A stretch of DNA of 64,000 nt from Malacoraja senta (Eukaryota). Position 1 is the first letter of the stretch. Every line of letters begins with the position of its first letter. The notes below the pieces were generated by a model that saw only the letters and a list, made by a program, of their open reading frames with translations, ran no database searches and was not told the origin of the DNA. The stretch spans positions 3,164,001 to 3,228,000 of the forward strand of contig CM075997.1 of assembly GCA_038087875.1 (NCBI GenBank). Direction: 5' to 3'. The position numbers were made by a program, and so were the translations under genes. Shown here piece by piece: positions 1-13,177 of the stretch.

Positions 1-1858
1 GCTGCCTCACCGACAAATAGGGACCTAGGATATAATTACCCCATTCACCCTACACTTAAAAGTAGAATACTCCCACACACTGGACAATGGACACACTAAA
101 ACTATTTTTAAAAAGTGATTTAAACGGACGGCTGCTGGTTAGCAGCCGTTCCCCAACATGGCTCCTCTGTAAATACTCCTGGGATAAATACTGGCTGGCA
201 CATGGGGTAGAATGGGATTTGCCAATTGTTAATCATAACTCCCTGACAGGACAGATTAAGGAATGGGTGATGTTTTGTGTCGAGACCCTTCTTCAGACTC
301 GGTCTCAACACGAAACGTCACCCATTCCTTCTCTCCAGGATGCTGCCTTCCCCGCTGAGTTACTCCAGCTTTTTGTGTCTATCTTTGGTTTAAACCAGCA
401 TCTGCAGTTCCTTCCTACACAGGACAGATAAAGATCGTGTATAAGGTGACTCTCCTGACAGTGCAGAAGTTCCACACTTGTTCAGTTGGATCTACTGTCC
501 TTGCAGGCTTGGTCTAGATCTCGCTGATCTCCACACACTCACCAACATCGTGACGAGCCCTGGGGTGACTTGGTGCATTAGTTCATAAGCAGAATTAGGC
601 CATTCAGCCCATCGAGTCTGCTACTCCAGACAATCATGGCTGATCTATTTTTCCCTCTCAACCCCATACTTATGAACTAATGCACCAATGGAATCAAGGG
701 ATATGGGGGGAAAAACAGGAACGGGGGTACTGATTTTGGATGATCAGCCGTGATCATATTGAATGGCGGTGCTGGGCCGAATGGCCTACTCCTGCTTTCT
801 ATGTTTCCGAATGGCCTGTTTTCTATGTTTCTAAACAGGCCGTGCCCTTGGCATCCACTGAGCTTAGACAAGAAGCAAAGTTAGAAATTATTTTGACAAA
901 TATGAAAAAAAAAAGTTTTTAAAGTATCTCTTGCAATGAGAGATTGAAAATCAAAATTAATCTCACTAAAATTACAAAAAATTCAGAAATAGTTAAATAT
1001 TCAACAAAATGGTGACTCAGTCTAGCACTTGCACTCTTAAACTTGCAGTCGTTGGAAATTTAACACAAAAACAGAGTGAAGCATCATAGCAAAGTTCTCT
1101 GGATGCTTTCAAGAGAGAGCTAGATAGGGCTCTTTAAAAAAATAGCAGAGTCAGGGGATATGGGGAGAAGACATGAAGACTGATTGGGGATGATGAGCCA
1201 TGATCACATTGAATGGCCTACTCCTGCACCTATTGTCTATTGTCAAAGGGTTCTTGATCTGAAACATTGATTCTGTTTCTCTTTCCACACATGCTGCCTG
1301 ACCTATAGTGACGCAATAACATTCAACTTTAAAGCCTTTGACTGAAAGTATATTTCAAAATATAACCATACAAAGCCATGGTGCTTAGAGTACATCATTT
1401 CAAACAGTTTTATTAGCTGAAATTGGCCACACAAAAAAATAGCAGTGCTTGTTTTCTTTGGATACATTATTACCCGACAACGTCATTGTACCGTGAACAA
1501 CATAAGAATAAAAATGTGAAAGTTGCACTTTAGAGTGATATCAAAAAATTGGAGAAATAAAATTGAAGCTTAATTGCCTTTTCTATATCGCTCTACAATA
1601 AAAAGGGGCCATTCAGCCCATTGAGTCTGTACCAGCTCTTGAGAAATGTTATTCCCCTCTTTATAACCTTGTAACTTGTTCTCTTATTTATGCGGGCTTA
1701 CACCATGCTGATTGTTCTTCTCACAACAGAGTTGGGGAGTTTTTGTGGTAGCCACTTAATTTAATAAGTGGCTGATTTTTGAATGTGGGAGGAAATCAGA
1801 AACTCCATAGAGATAGTAGTGTAGGTCTACATCGATCGACCCCTTGCTAGTACTGTAA

Positions 1859-2073
1859 AGGGCCTGTCCCGCTTTCACGACCTAATTCACGACCTTTTTT
1901 ACTCGTGGACATTTTTCATCAGGCTAGAAAAATGCCCCGACCTACTTGATGCCACGAGTACCTACGACCAGCATCACGACCTGCTATGACCTACCTACGA
2001 CCTCGTGGCGACCATGCTGCGAGTATGAGTCCAGGGCAAACTCGGCAGAGGTCGTGAAAGTGGGACAGGCTCT
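1859..2073. mobile_element. PIF/Harbinger-type MITE, subfamily A
   Basis: TIR AGGGCCTGTCCC.CTTTCACGACC and its reverse complement; TAA TSD on both sides. Confidence 0.85.
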
Positions 2074-3312
2074 TAAGATGGCTACATACAAGCAGCACCA
2101 CTGTACCACTCACTGTGTTTCATACATTGTAAAACAACCATGGAACATCCAATATTTTTGAATGAACTAAGTAGAAAATATATAACTTTGTTTGGGAGGA
2201 GTAAGTGAGGGGTGAGTATGAGCAGGTGGACCGGAGGATAGGCAATAGCATTTGGTTGCTTTTGCTGTGCATTTGGCTCGACTGTGGACACTGAGCCAGA
2301 ATCCTATAATTTGGTTAGAACCAATCTACCGTATCTCCGGGCGTTTGTGCATTTGATTAATGAATCTCCATTTCTCTACTTATGCTTTTTCTCTGCCCGT
2401 GGGAAAAGTTCTTTGACTATATTGTTGTAACCCGCGTCACTCCCAATCCCCTGCGATCCACTGGGGTGACGATGCCTTTCTGCTGTCACTGACAGTGTCC
2501 TATGCTGTTTATGTTTGGCTTTCGTAGCGATGTATTGGATTGTGCCAAGTTTTGGGGCTTTAACTTGTGTTTCTAAATTGTCCATGTTTGTGGATGTATG
2601 TTTGTCTTTGTGCTGTGTGATTGTTAGGTGTTGTCCTCTTGATTTATGGTTATATCAATCACTCTCTTCAGAGTGCCTTGATAGTTTGGCTGTGTGGGAG
2701 GAGTTTACTCTTGGACAAGTTGTTGGAGAGAGTAGGCCATTTGCTTTCTCGCACCTCCTCCATTTTAATAATAAGGTGTATTTTTAACCTCTGCCACTTT
2801 CCCCACATGTCCCATATTCAATGAATGTTTAGTTTATTATTGTCACGTGCACTGAGGTGCTGTGAAAAGCTCTTTGTTTCGAGTTATCCAGTCACGTTCC
2901 CATAAATCGTTAAAAAATTCCCCTCGGCTGTCTTGAATGTACTCAGCAACTGGGTCTCCAAAGCTTTCTTGGATAGAAATTCCAAAGCTGAAGAATTTTC
3001 TTGTCCTGAACGACAAACCCCTTGTGTTATGGCTGCAACCCCAAGTTGAACGAAGTTGCAATAAAACATGTTCTGATGCTGTTCCCTAAAGGCCCTTCGA
3101 AGATCCAAAATTAACCCTTTCCTATGACAGCACTAAACTAACATAGCTTATTGCTTTATGGCCTCGTCAATGTATTGATCTAGAGAATGCTCTCGTTAAC
3201 ACCATGAATTAATCCTTTACCCTATTGCTGCTCATTTGGTTGCTGTTTCACCATTGTATTATTCTTGTTGCACTTGCTTATAATTTCATATTTAATGCTG
3301 TGCTAGGACATG

Positions 3313-3546
3313 AAATTGACTTCTCCAATTGCAGGTAGTCCCTGATTTTTCCCTTCCCCTTCCCCTTCCCCTTCCCAGCTCTCCCTCAGCCCACTGTCTC
3401 CGCCTCTTCCTTTTTTTCTTCCCGCCCCCCCCCCCCCCCCCACCCTCACATCAGTCTGTAGAAGGGTCTCGGCCCGAAACGTTGCTTATTTCCTTCGCTC
3501 CATAGATGCTGCCTCACCCGCTGAGTTTCTCCAGCATTTTGTCTAC
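3313..3546 (+). mobile_element. Penelope-like 3' fragment with 15-bp TSD
   Basis: CTGTGCTAGGACATG at 3298-3312 and 3547-3561. The insert starts at the ORF end (IDFSN) and resembles the reverse complement of 39950-40160. Confidence 0.75.
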
Positions 3547-4576
3547 CTGTGCTAGGACATGTTCATTTGCTGCTCTCTTTGCATCTTGCAATTAAGCCAG
3601 ATAGAATTTAACAATATTTGCAAGAGTACACATGAGGCAAAAGGGACATGTGTATTTCCCCCCCAAAACCCCCCAGATCTTCAGCAGTCTAGGCAACCAA
3701 ACCATTTAGTCCATGTTCTGGAACCCACAGCTCATCTGAGTCTGAAGAAGACCAGAGTAGGTGTATCGAGGACTGGAGGACATGGGTTTAAGGTGAAGGG
3801 GAAAAGATTTAATAAGAATCCGAAGAAGGGTCTCGACACGAAACGTTGCCTATTTCCTTCGCTCCACAGATGCTGCCTCACCCGCTGAGTTTCTCCAGCA
3901 TTTTTTGTCTACATAAGAATCTGAGGGGTAACTTTTTCACACAAAGGGGGGTGGGTGTATGGAACAAGGTGCCACAGTAGGTAGTTGAAGCAGGGATTAT
4001 TCCAACGTTTAAGAAACCGTTAGACGGGTACATGGATTGGGCAGGTTTGGAGGGATATCGGCCAAACGCAGGCAGGTTGGACTAGTGTAGCTGGGACATG
4101 TTGGCCGCTGTGGGCAAGTAGGGCTGAAGGGCCTGTTTCCATGTTGTATCACTCTATGATTCTAAGGGTTCTGACCCAAAACATCACCTATCATTTTTCT
4201 TCAGAGATGCTGCCTGGCCTGCTGAGTTACTCCAGCACTTTGTGCCTGTCTCACCAGGGGTCTGTCGGCTTGCCCTGCAGACCCTGAGGCACAGCATGTT
4301 CAACATATGTGCATAGGTGAAGCTGATGATCACGACCAGTAGTTCTAAAGCTTATGGAAGTGCTTACTGGGGTTGTGAAGCACACTGATGCACACTGATG
4401 CACTGGTACTGATAACTTCCTGTCCATGTCCAGGTGTTTATAACTGAAACCTCAATCTGTTTTGTTGCTTAGTTTGTTCTCAGCCTCCACGGTGGCAGTG
4501 CCTGCCCTCCCTGCCCAGTGACGGGGTGGAAAGTGTGTATGAAGTTAGTGGTGGAAAATCTGACCACATTGCACTT

Positions 4577-4877
4577 GGTGGCAGTGGCAGCGGTCGAGTT
4601 ACTGCTTTACAGTGTCAGAGACCCGGGTTCGATCCTGACTACGGGTGCTGTCTGTGTGGAGTTTGCGCGTTCTTCCCATGATTGTGTGGGTTTTCCCTGG
4701 GTGCTCCGGTTTCCTCCCACACTCCAAAGACCTACACGTTTGTAGGTTAATTTGGCTTCGGTAAAAATTGTAAATGGTCCCTAGTTTGTAGGGTAGCGCT
4801 AGTGTGCGGGGATCGCCGGTTGGCATGGACTCGGTGGGCCGAAGGGCCTTTTTCTGCGCTGTATCTCTAAACTAAAT
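4577..4877 (+). mobile_element. HE1-type tRNA-derived SINE (V-SINE)
   Basis: A/B-box head (gtggcagcgg...gggttcgatcc), V-domain ggtgctccggtttcctcccacactccaaagac, CR1-like tail gggccgaagggcc...ctaaacta. Confidence 0.85.
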
Positions 4878-6287
4878 TAGTGAACTAAATTGTTTTGCAC
4901 CATTTATATTACACTTTTTATTAACTGTAAACTAAACATTATACGAGGACTTGAACAGACCACTCCCTCTGGACAGTCTCGCCGGGCTTCATCCCTTTTT
5001 TCCGTGACCGGGCTTGCTCTTCTCACCAATGCCTTGCCTTGAAGATCGCATTTGCATGAGCTTTGTTGCCCTTGACCTTTCTCACCTCCAGGCATGCTCT
5101 TGCTGCTCAGTGTTCCTGTGATGCCCCTTCAGCAGCCTGTCTGGCCCTGTTTTTACTAGAACACAAAGTGCTGGAGTAACTCAATGGGTCAGTCAGCCTA
5201 TATGGAGGACATAGGCAATAGAAACATAGAAAAAAGGTGCAGGAGGAGGTCATTTGGCCCTTCGAGCCTGCACCGCCATTCATTGTGATCATGGCTGATC
5301 ATCCACAATCAGTAACCCTTGCCTGCCTTCTTCCCATATCCCCTGATTATGCTAGCCCCTAGAGCTCTATCATGTTTCAGGTCAATGTTTCAGAATATTT
5401 GGTGGACATGGATGGGCAACATTTTGGGTTGGGACGTTTCTTCAGATTGAAGAAGGGTTCCGACCCAAAACATTGCCTATCGATGTCCTCCAGAGATTCT
5501 GCTTGGAATTACTCCAGCACTTCGTATTCTACACAAGGTTTCAGCACCTGCAGTTCCTTGTGCCTACATAATTTTTTCACTGCTGACAATCTTGCACTTG
5601 CGTGGGTATGGAATATTGCTTCTGTGCAGATCAAATGCATTCCCCTTGAATGGCTTTACTGAGAGCATCGACCTACTCTGCCTCTGCTTGTTTGTATCTT
5701 CTGATCAAATTGTCACCGCAACCACAGCATCGCGGGTATGTAATGGAAACTTTTTGTGCAGGTAGTTAGCTGGCTGCTGTGCAACCAGGTTACGCAACCC
5801 TTGCTTTTTGTGGCATGTAGGATCTGCTGAGGGTGTTGCAGGAAGCTGCTGGAGGGGGGGAGAGCAGTCTGAGCTGAGCTGCCTCTGCTCTGTGACAGAC
5901 GGCAATGTGGAGATCACTGGGGTGAATGGGGCAGGAAGGCTTATGTGTAAGAGAATCGATCATCCATTAATGTGCTGCAAGCCAGTCACCATCCACTTTC
6001 CGCACCTCCATATGTCTCGGAGAATATGGTGAGCAATGCTTTTGTAAAGAGTATATATTTGCTTAATTGACATTGCAATAGCTTTGCCCGATGATTTTGC
6101 TGCTGTATACAATCCAGGGGTGTCTAGGGTCATAAACCTGGGGGATAATGAATGGGCAGCTCGTAGGAATGCTGCTTTGCAACTTGAGCAACCTGGGATC
6201 AGTCTGACTGTGGCTGCTGCCTGGATGGAGTTTGCACGTTTGTTCTGTGTATCTGTGGATCTCCTCCCCGCGACAGAAGATCTATAG

Positions 6288-6597
6288 ACACAAAATGCTG
6301 GAGTAACTCAGCGGGTGAGGCAGCATCTATGGAGAGAAGGAATGGGCGACGTTTCGGGTCGAGACCCTTGAAGATGCTGCCTCACCCGCTGAGTTACTCC
6401 AGCGTTTGTGTCTACCTTCGATTTTACCAACATCTGCAGTTCTTTCTTAAACAGAAGATCTATAGGTTGATTAAGAAGGAACTGTAGATGCTGGAAAATC
6501 GAAGGTAAACAAAAGTGCTGGAGAAACTCAGCGGGTGCAGCAGCATCTATGGTGCGAAGGAAATAGGCAACGTTTTGGGCTGAAACCCTCCTTCAGA
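6288..6597. mobile_element. Two adjacent Penelope-derived terminal-unit insertions (the first is a fold-back)
   Basis: TSD ACAGAAGATCTATAG (6273-6287 / 6451-6465) and TSD CTATAGGTTG (6460-6469 / 6598-6607). Confidence 0.72.
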
Positions 6598-7529
6598 CTA
6601 TAGGTTGTCATGTTAGTCGCTCACTGTAAATTGTCCCGAGTGTGCGTGTAAATGGTAGAATGAGGGGAGGTACAGTGGGAAATGTGGGAGAATACATGGA
6701 TGGAACGTTGGGCTGGAGGACCTTTTTCTGTACTGTATGGGTCCCTGGCTTCATTTGCATCTCCCACATTTAAAAGCATATCGAAAGCCTTTGTTCTCTT
6801 AAATTCAAGATTCCAGAGGGTTTATTGTCTTTACAGCCATACATACAGTGCAATGAGATAGTGTTTCCCTAGAACCTCGGTGCTACATAGAACACAATTG
6901 GACAACATGCTACATATATAGATATACTACACTATACACATGGTGCAAAACCTTCCTCACTGAAGTGCAACGAAGTAAATAGAAAATGTACAAAACAGCA
7001 ATGCAGGACAGTAGACAACAGTGCAACAGAGTGCAATGTAAACAAACCAAGTGTGCCGAGGGTGCAGTGCAGAGTTTATGTAGCAGCAGAGATGGGGGGG
7101 GGGGGGGGGGGGGAGGGGGTGTATTCAGATCAGTCCCTGAGCATTGAGCAGTCAATTGGCCTGGGGGAAGAAGCTGATGCATAGTCTGGATGTGAGGGAC
7201 CGTATGCTTTGGTACCTTCTGCCAGATGGGAGGGGGGAGAAAATTTTATGTTTGAAAGGGAAGTGTGTGAAAGGTCTGTGACCCAGCGGGCCGCGGAGAA
7301 AGTGGAACTATTAATTGAGCTGCTTTTAGTCGAGCACCATCCTTGTCTGTCTGCCCCAGCACTGTGGAGCACATCTGCAAAGGATGTGTCATGCTCCAAT
7401 TATTCTGTTTACCTGTAATCTCATAACTTGAGGAATGTTCACAATTGGTAGAAAGCCAGCTCCACTGGTTATCAATTACAGTCGAACTGCATGAGCTACG
7501 CCCTCTGAGTTTACAGAGACTCAGAAGAC

Positions 7530-7562
7530 GTCTGAAGAAGGGTCTCGACCCGAAACGTCACC
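7530..7562 (+). ncRNA. Minimal type I hammerhead ribozyme-like motif (representative copy)
   Basis: GT-CTGAAGA-A-GGGTC-TC-GACCC-GAAA-CG-TC-AC: CUGANGA core, stem II, GAAA, very short stem III region and GUC cleavage triplet. Confidence 0.6.
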
Positions 7563-7830
7563 TATTCCTTCTCTCCATAGATGCTGTCTGAGCCGCTGAG
7601 TTACTCCAGCTTTTTTGTGTCTATCTTTAGTGACCCATCAAGCATTCATTTGCACTCATCTGACCTTAATCTCAGTTTATTCTCCCCACGTTCCCATTAA
7701 CTAAGATTCTATCACAACTTATGTGATTATGCACCAGAGACCAATGGCACTGCCGTTTTTGAGATATGGGACGGAAACTGGAAAATCGATCAAGAGAGAA
7801 CATGTGCGCTCCACACACTACACTGCTCCC

Positions 7831-8040
7831 AAGGTAGACAAAAGTGCTGGAGAAACTCAGCGGGTGCAGCAGCATCTATGGAGCGAAGGAAATAGGCAAT
7901 GTTTTGGGCCGAAACCCAGAAGGGTTTCGGCCCGAAACGTTGCCTATTTCCTTCGCTCCGTAGATGCTGCTGCACCCGCTGAGTTTCTCCAGCATTTTTG
8001 TCTTCCTTCGATTTTCTAGCATCTGCAGTTCCTTCTTAAA
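7831..8040. repeat. Fold-back (inverted) Penelope-derived terminal unit
   Basis: Arms of about 85 bp (aaggtagacaaaagtgctggagaaactcagcggg...) inverted around aaacccagaagggttt. Confidence 0.75.
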
Positions 8041-9087
8041 CACTCTGGATTGAGCCTGGCATGCTGGAGCTATGACATTGCAGCTCTACCAGCTGCACCA
8101 TTGCCACTTGTTGAAGATCTGTTACTTTGGTTAGTTTACTGACTCCTGCACCCTTTTTTTATTTCCCCTTCTCTCCACCCCCCCCCCCCCCCTCCTTATT
8201 AACATTCTCCATCATCAGCTGACAATGTGCCCTCGGTAACAGTAACAGAGCAGGACTGGCAGCATCTCTGGATAGAAGGAATGGGTGACGTTTCGGGTCG
8301 AGACTTTTAGGTGCATTAGGTGCAAAACCAGCAGGATGCTCCTCAGCTTCTTCCCGCAGGTTATAAGACTGATAAACGGACTTTGCCCCCTGCCAAAGTA
8401 TCGTGCACCAACCACCAACCTGGACACACTGCAGCAGAGCCACTGTCGTGCCACTGCCGATCGGAACGCCTGTTGATGTTTAGTAGAGAGTAGAGTGTTA
8501 ATTTGTTCATGATATATGTATTTTTACTTCTATTTATTTTTTACTGCACACTGAAATGGACACTGGTTGAGGAACGTTTTTTTGTTTCCTCTGGGTATGT
8601 GAATACTCAGGAAATGACAATAAAGATATACAATACAATACAATACAGTCTGTAGAAGGGTCTCGACCTGCAACCTCACCCATTCCTTTTCTCCAGAGAT
8701 GCTGCCTGTCCCGCTGAGTTACTCCAGCATTTTGTGTCTATCTTCGGTTGAAACCAGCATCTGCAGTTCCTTCCCATACATGCTTCCATTGCCGGAGTAG
8801 CAAAGAGCTGAGGCTGGCATTGACATGTGTAAGTTCCCAATAATGAAAGGCTTTTCCATGAACTCCACTCAATTGGCATTTCTGAGGCTCTCAAAATTGC
8901 AGTGGCATGAATCTTGAGCAGGATGTCAAGTGCTGAACTCAGCAGGTCAGGCAACACCTGCTGTAAGGGGGATGGACAGACAATGTTTTGGGTCGGGACC
9001 CTTACAGAGCTGGAGGGTGGGGGAGAAGACAAAAAAGGAGATGGGGGTGGGGAAAAGTCTGACGTGCAAGGTGGGTGTAGGCGTGGG

Positions 9088-9317
9088 CAGGGCCGTCTTA
9101 ATGCATGGGCACACTGGGCGGTTGCCCGGGGCCCCACGAGCATAGGGGGCCCCACGCTAATCTACGTATTGTAGAATGTTATTGTAGAACATGAAAACGG
9201 AGAAGAACATGGCAAGTGCATGACGGCATATTTGATTCGGCATAAAGAAACTGGAAGTGTAGGGGCCCCAGTGCACTGCTTTGCCCGGTGGCCTATAATG
9301 CTGATAAGACGGCCCTG
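9088..9317. mobile_element. hAT (Tip100/MER45-like) MITE
   Basis: TIRs CAGGGCCGTCTTA / TAAGACGGCCCTG; 8-bp TSD GGCGTGGG (9080-9087) vs GGCGCGGG (9318-9325); subterminal GGGGCCCC motifs. Confidence 0.85.
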
Positions 9318-9756
9318 GGCGCGGGGGTGATTGGCGATAATAACATAGACCTTAGAGGTGTAAAGGAGACAAAAGGGCATCAGATAAGGAAAGAGGAGAA
9401 GTGAAATATAAATGCAAAGCCAGAGGGCGATGGTGGAAGAATGGGTGCAGGGGATGATGGGAGAATGTATTGGGGGTGTTGGAGGGATAAAATGGGTGGA
9501 GGACCCATTTCACTTTCTTCATCTGACATCCTTATCCAGTTTATGTAGGAAGGAACTGCAAATGTTGATTTACTCCGAAGATAGACCCAAAATGCCGGAG
9601 TAACTCCGCAGGTCAGGCAGCATCTCTACAGAAAAGGAAAAGGTGATGTTTGCCTGACCCGTTGAGTTACTCCAGCATTTTGTGTCTACCCATGTCTACT
9701 TTTCACATTTAGCCTTTGTCACTATCTCCACTCATCTGCCCATCAAACTCCCCCTC

Positions 9757-9884
9757 ACCTGTATCCACCCATCACTTGCCAGGCATTACCTGTATCCACC
9801 CATCACTTGCCAGGCATTACCTGTATCCACCCATCACTTGCCAGGCATTACCTGTATCCACCCATCACTTGCCAGGCATTACCT
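9757..9884. repeat. 31-bp minisatellite, 4 identical copies
   Basis: ACCTGTATCCACCCATCACTTGCCAGGCATT x4. Confidence 0.95.
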
Positions 9885-11317
9885 CAACTCCACCTGTCTT
9901 TCAAGCTTTCTTTCCCCTTACTCCACCAGTCTGAAGAAGGGTCCCGACCCGAAAAATCGCCGCTCCATTCCCTCGATTGGTGCTGAGTTCCTCGTAATGT
10001 TGCTTTTTGAGGTTTCTGAGGCACCGCCTAACTTATGACTGACCTCGCTTGACTCAAATAACTGAAGTGACATTTAAATCCTGCAATTCTTTGTGTATTG
10101 TAGCTCTCACATCTTTGCTGAAGAGATGCTTTGTAACCGGAGGCATGGAAAGACAGGCAGGACAAGTTTACTTGGATAGTTTGCATTTTAATTGCATACG
10201 TTGATTTACAAATCAGCAAACACGTTGAATGCATAAAAATGGTAAACATTCTAAATATTAAGCAGGTTAGGCAGCATCTGTGAAGAAAGAACTAGTATTT
10301 CAGGCCTTGATCGTTTGTTAAAACTAGAAAGTGCAACTGGTTTTTAAGCAAGCCGCAGGGAAATTGGATTTGGGTGGGGAAGAAGGGAGAAGGGAGGGAA
10401 ATTCTATCTGTGCGAAAGGCAGGAGGGATTAAATGATAAATTAAATGATAAGTTATAGAGTGAGGTAATGGATAGATACATTTTTAAAAAACGTGACAAA
10501 GTAGTGTGCTTGTATCGAAATGAAACTGAAGCTGGAACTGGAGTTTGTTGTGTTGTTTTTCAAGCTTAGTTCAACCATTTCAAAGTGCTCAACTTAAAGA
10601 GGGGTTGTTGCTCAAGTTTAATTGCACTTCATTGGAACAGTAGAGGAGGCCAAGGAGAGAGAAATTAGAGATGATATGAGAATTCGAGGGACATTCTGCG
10701 TGGAGTGAAAAGCTTATACTTTAAGTGTGAAAATGTTTCAAGTGCAAAACAATTTGTGCTGAGCTTAAGGTGGAAATAAGAGGGGAGGTGATTAAAAGCA
10801 AAAGAAAATCAAGGGAGGAAGAAGATGGGCAGATGTTTAAGAAAATAATTCCAGAGTGAAAACTCTTTGTAGCTGAAGGCACAAGCTCCAGTAGCTGAAT
10901 GGTTTGAATCATGTCTAAAAGGGCTGCAGATATGATTACAGATCTTGATGATTACAGGTATCTTGAATGGTTTGAAGAGATTAGAGATAAGAGACAAGAC
11001 CAGCGGGACTTTAAAATGTGCAAATAGCTGTGAATTTTAAAATTAAGGCTTTTAATCAGGAGCCTGTGTAATTCAGCAAGTGTTAAGGAGATGAGCAACA
11101 GAGTTTTGGGGAGCCTCAATTTACAGAGTAGCATGGCTGCCAACTCTCACGCATTGAGTGTGAGAATCACGTATTTGGCCAAATTCTCACGGTCTCACGC
11201 TGATCACTCATATCAACTGCATGGGCCACAGGCGTTGGAGAGCCGGGGATGCGGACGGGGAGTGTTTGCCGGGCTGGCGAGTGCTTTCCGGGCTAGCAAG
11301 TCGCTGCAGCTCCGGAC

Positions 11318-11473
11318 ATGGAGCAGCGTCGGTGCAAGAGTCCCGGGCCGTCAGAGGCGTCGGAAGCGTTGCGCCGCTGCCGTGAGAGTCTCTTTGCTGA
11401 ATTCGCCCAGGTGACCGGCATGGATCAGGCTGCGGCTCAGTGCATCCTGGAGGACAACCAGTGGCTGCTGGAA
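11318..11473 (+). pseudogene. TDP2 exon-1-like fragment (UBA-like domain), intact 52-codon ORF with splice donor
   Basis: MEQRRCKSPGPSEASEALRRCRESLFAEFAQVTGMDQAAAQCILEDNQWLLE followed by gtaagt. Resembles the TDP2 N-terminus (EFASVASCDAAVAQCFLAENDWEME) and ends at the equivalent residue. CpG-rich leader; no downstream TDP2 exons recognised. Confidence 0.75.
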
Positions 11474-11577
11474 GTAAGTACCAAGCACTGGGTAGAAACG
11501 GTGGAAGATAGTGGCCTTCAAATGGGGGTGGTTGGAGAAAGCATCCTGCTTGCCTGCTAGATTTTCACTTACTGTAA

Positions 11578-11916
11578 CTGCAGGAAAAATGTTCCCGATG
11601 TTGGGGGAGTTCAGAATCAGGGGTCACAGTTTAAGAATAAAGGGTAGGCCAGTTAGGACTGAGATGAGGACAAACTTTCTTCATGCAGAGACTTGTGAAT
11701 CTGTGGAATTATCTGCCACTTAAGGCAGTGGAGGTCAATTCACTGGATGCTTTAAAGAGAGTTAAATTTAGCTCTTGGGGCTAGTGAAATCAAGGGATAT
11801 GGGGAAAAAACAGGAAAGAGGTACTGATTTTAGATGAACAGCCATGATCATATTGAATGGCAGTGCTGGCTCAAAGGGCCGAATAGCCTATTCCTGCACC
11901 TATTTTCTATGTTTCT
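11578..11916 (+). mobile_element. CR1 3' fragment inside the TIR element
   Basis: AGKMFPMLGEFRIRGHSLRIKGRP followed by the tail tattttctatgtttcta. Confidence 0.85.
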
Positions 11917-12329
11917 ACGCTTGAGTATATGGCAATAAAACTTGACCACTTGATTTTGAAGCATTCATGCATGGTGGAGGTATAATGTAGTCATAGCGTG
12001 ATACACTCCCACACCCTTCCCCCCCCCTCTCCCACACCCTTGCCCCCCCCCTCTCCCACACCCTTCCCCCCCACACCGTTCCCCCTCCCCCCTCTGTCGC
12101 TAGGCTCCCTCGGGCTTGGTCTCTCGCAATTTCTCACTCCCAACTCTCACCCAATGTTGGCAGCCCTGGAGTAGGCTGAGAAAGGCTGAGCAGAATGGGC
12201 ATTGGAATGCTTGATTCTAGAGGCAGCAGAGTCTTTGAAGGCCTCGGAAGCAGATGAACTGAGAGAACGACTAAGTTTAATGTGGAGCTGGGTGGACTTG
12301 ATAAGGACTGATATAAAGTTCAGGTGTCA

Positions 12330-12625
12330 CTTTAGTGTGGTTTTGAGAGACAGCGCGTAAACAGGCCCTTCTGCCCACCAGGTCCGCGCTGACCAGCATT
12401 CCCTGTACACTAGCACTATCCTACACATTACGATCTTTACCAAAGCCAATTAATCTACAAACCTGTACATCTTTGGAGTGTGGGGGGGAAACCGAAAGAC
12501 CTGGAGAAAACCCATGCAGTCACAGGGAGAACGTACAAACTCCGTACAGGCAGCACCCGTAGTCAGGATCGAACCAGTGCCTTTGGTGCCGTAAGGCAGC
12601 AACTCCACCGCTGTGCCACCGTGCC
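12330..12625 (-). mobile_element. HE1-type SINE
   Basis: Reverse-complement match to 4577-4877 over its full length. Confidence 0.82.
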
Positions 12626-13177
12626 ATCTACTTGGCTCAGATATGAGTCTGGTTCAGTTGCTAACAAGATAGTTGGATTTGGAGGTTTGGGGAGTTTATA
12701 AATACATGTTTTTGCTCTTTCATTTGGATAAATAAGTTTTCAATGTCTGGAGAGCTGAAGTTCATAAAGTTCTTGGGTATTGAAATTTGAGGCATCCGTC
12801 TCAACTGACTTGATTTCATTTTCAACTCGTGTTCCACAGTCTGTTGAACGTTTCCGTGGCTAGAACGGTCACTTTATGAAGAAACTCGTCCTTGAGCAGA
12901 AAGGAGGGGGTTTGGAAATAGTTTCTCTTTGCTTTGTGGAAACTTGGAACATTTATGAAAGCAGCTCTGTATTGCCCTTCTTTATCTGTAAAGGTCTCTA
13001 GTTTATCTGCGCAGTTGTGATTCCTTGTGACTGAGCAGTTTGTTCTTGTTTACCCTGGGCCAGGAATTTTGTTGTCTGCTCCAGCCATTCTGCTTTTAGT
13101 TTCCAGCTCGATTTCTCCTTTCAAACCAGCATTGGAACAATGGCAGTCTTGGTGCGTAACACCTTTAACAATACAAA

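Larger units (their letters stand above)
11132..12168 (+). mobile_element. Non-autonomous TIR DNA transposon (hAT-like termini, 6-bp TSD) carrying a captured gene fragment
   Basis: Left end CATGGCTGCCAAC (11132-11144) and right end GTTGGCAGCCCTG (12156-12168) are a 12/13 inverted match. Direct repeat GAGTAG at 11126-11131 and 12169-12174. Several TCTCAC subterminal motifs at both ends. Confidence 0.8.

Noticed and set aside
9757..9884. CRISPR-like array
   Set aside because: Head-to-tail repeats without spacers, in eukaryotic DNA.
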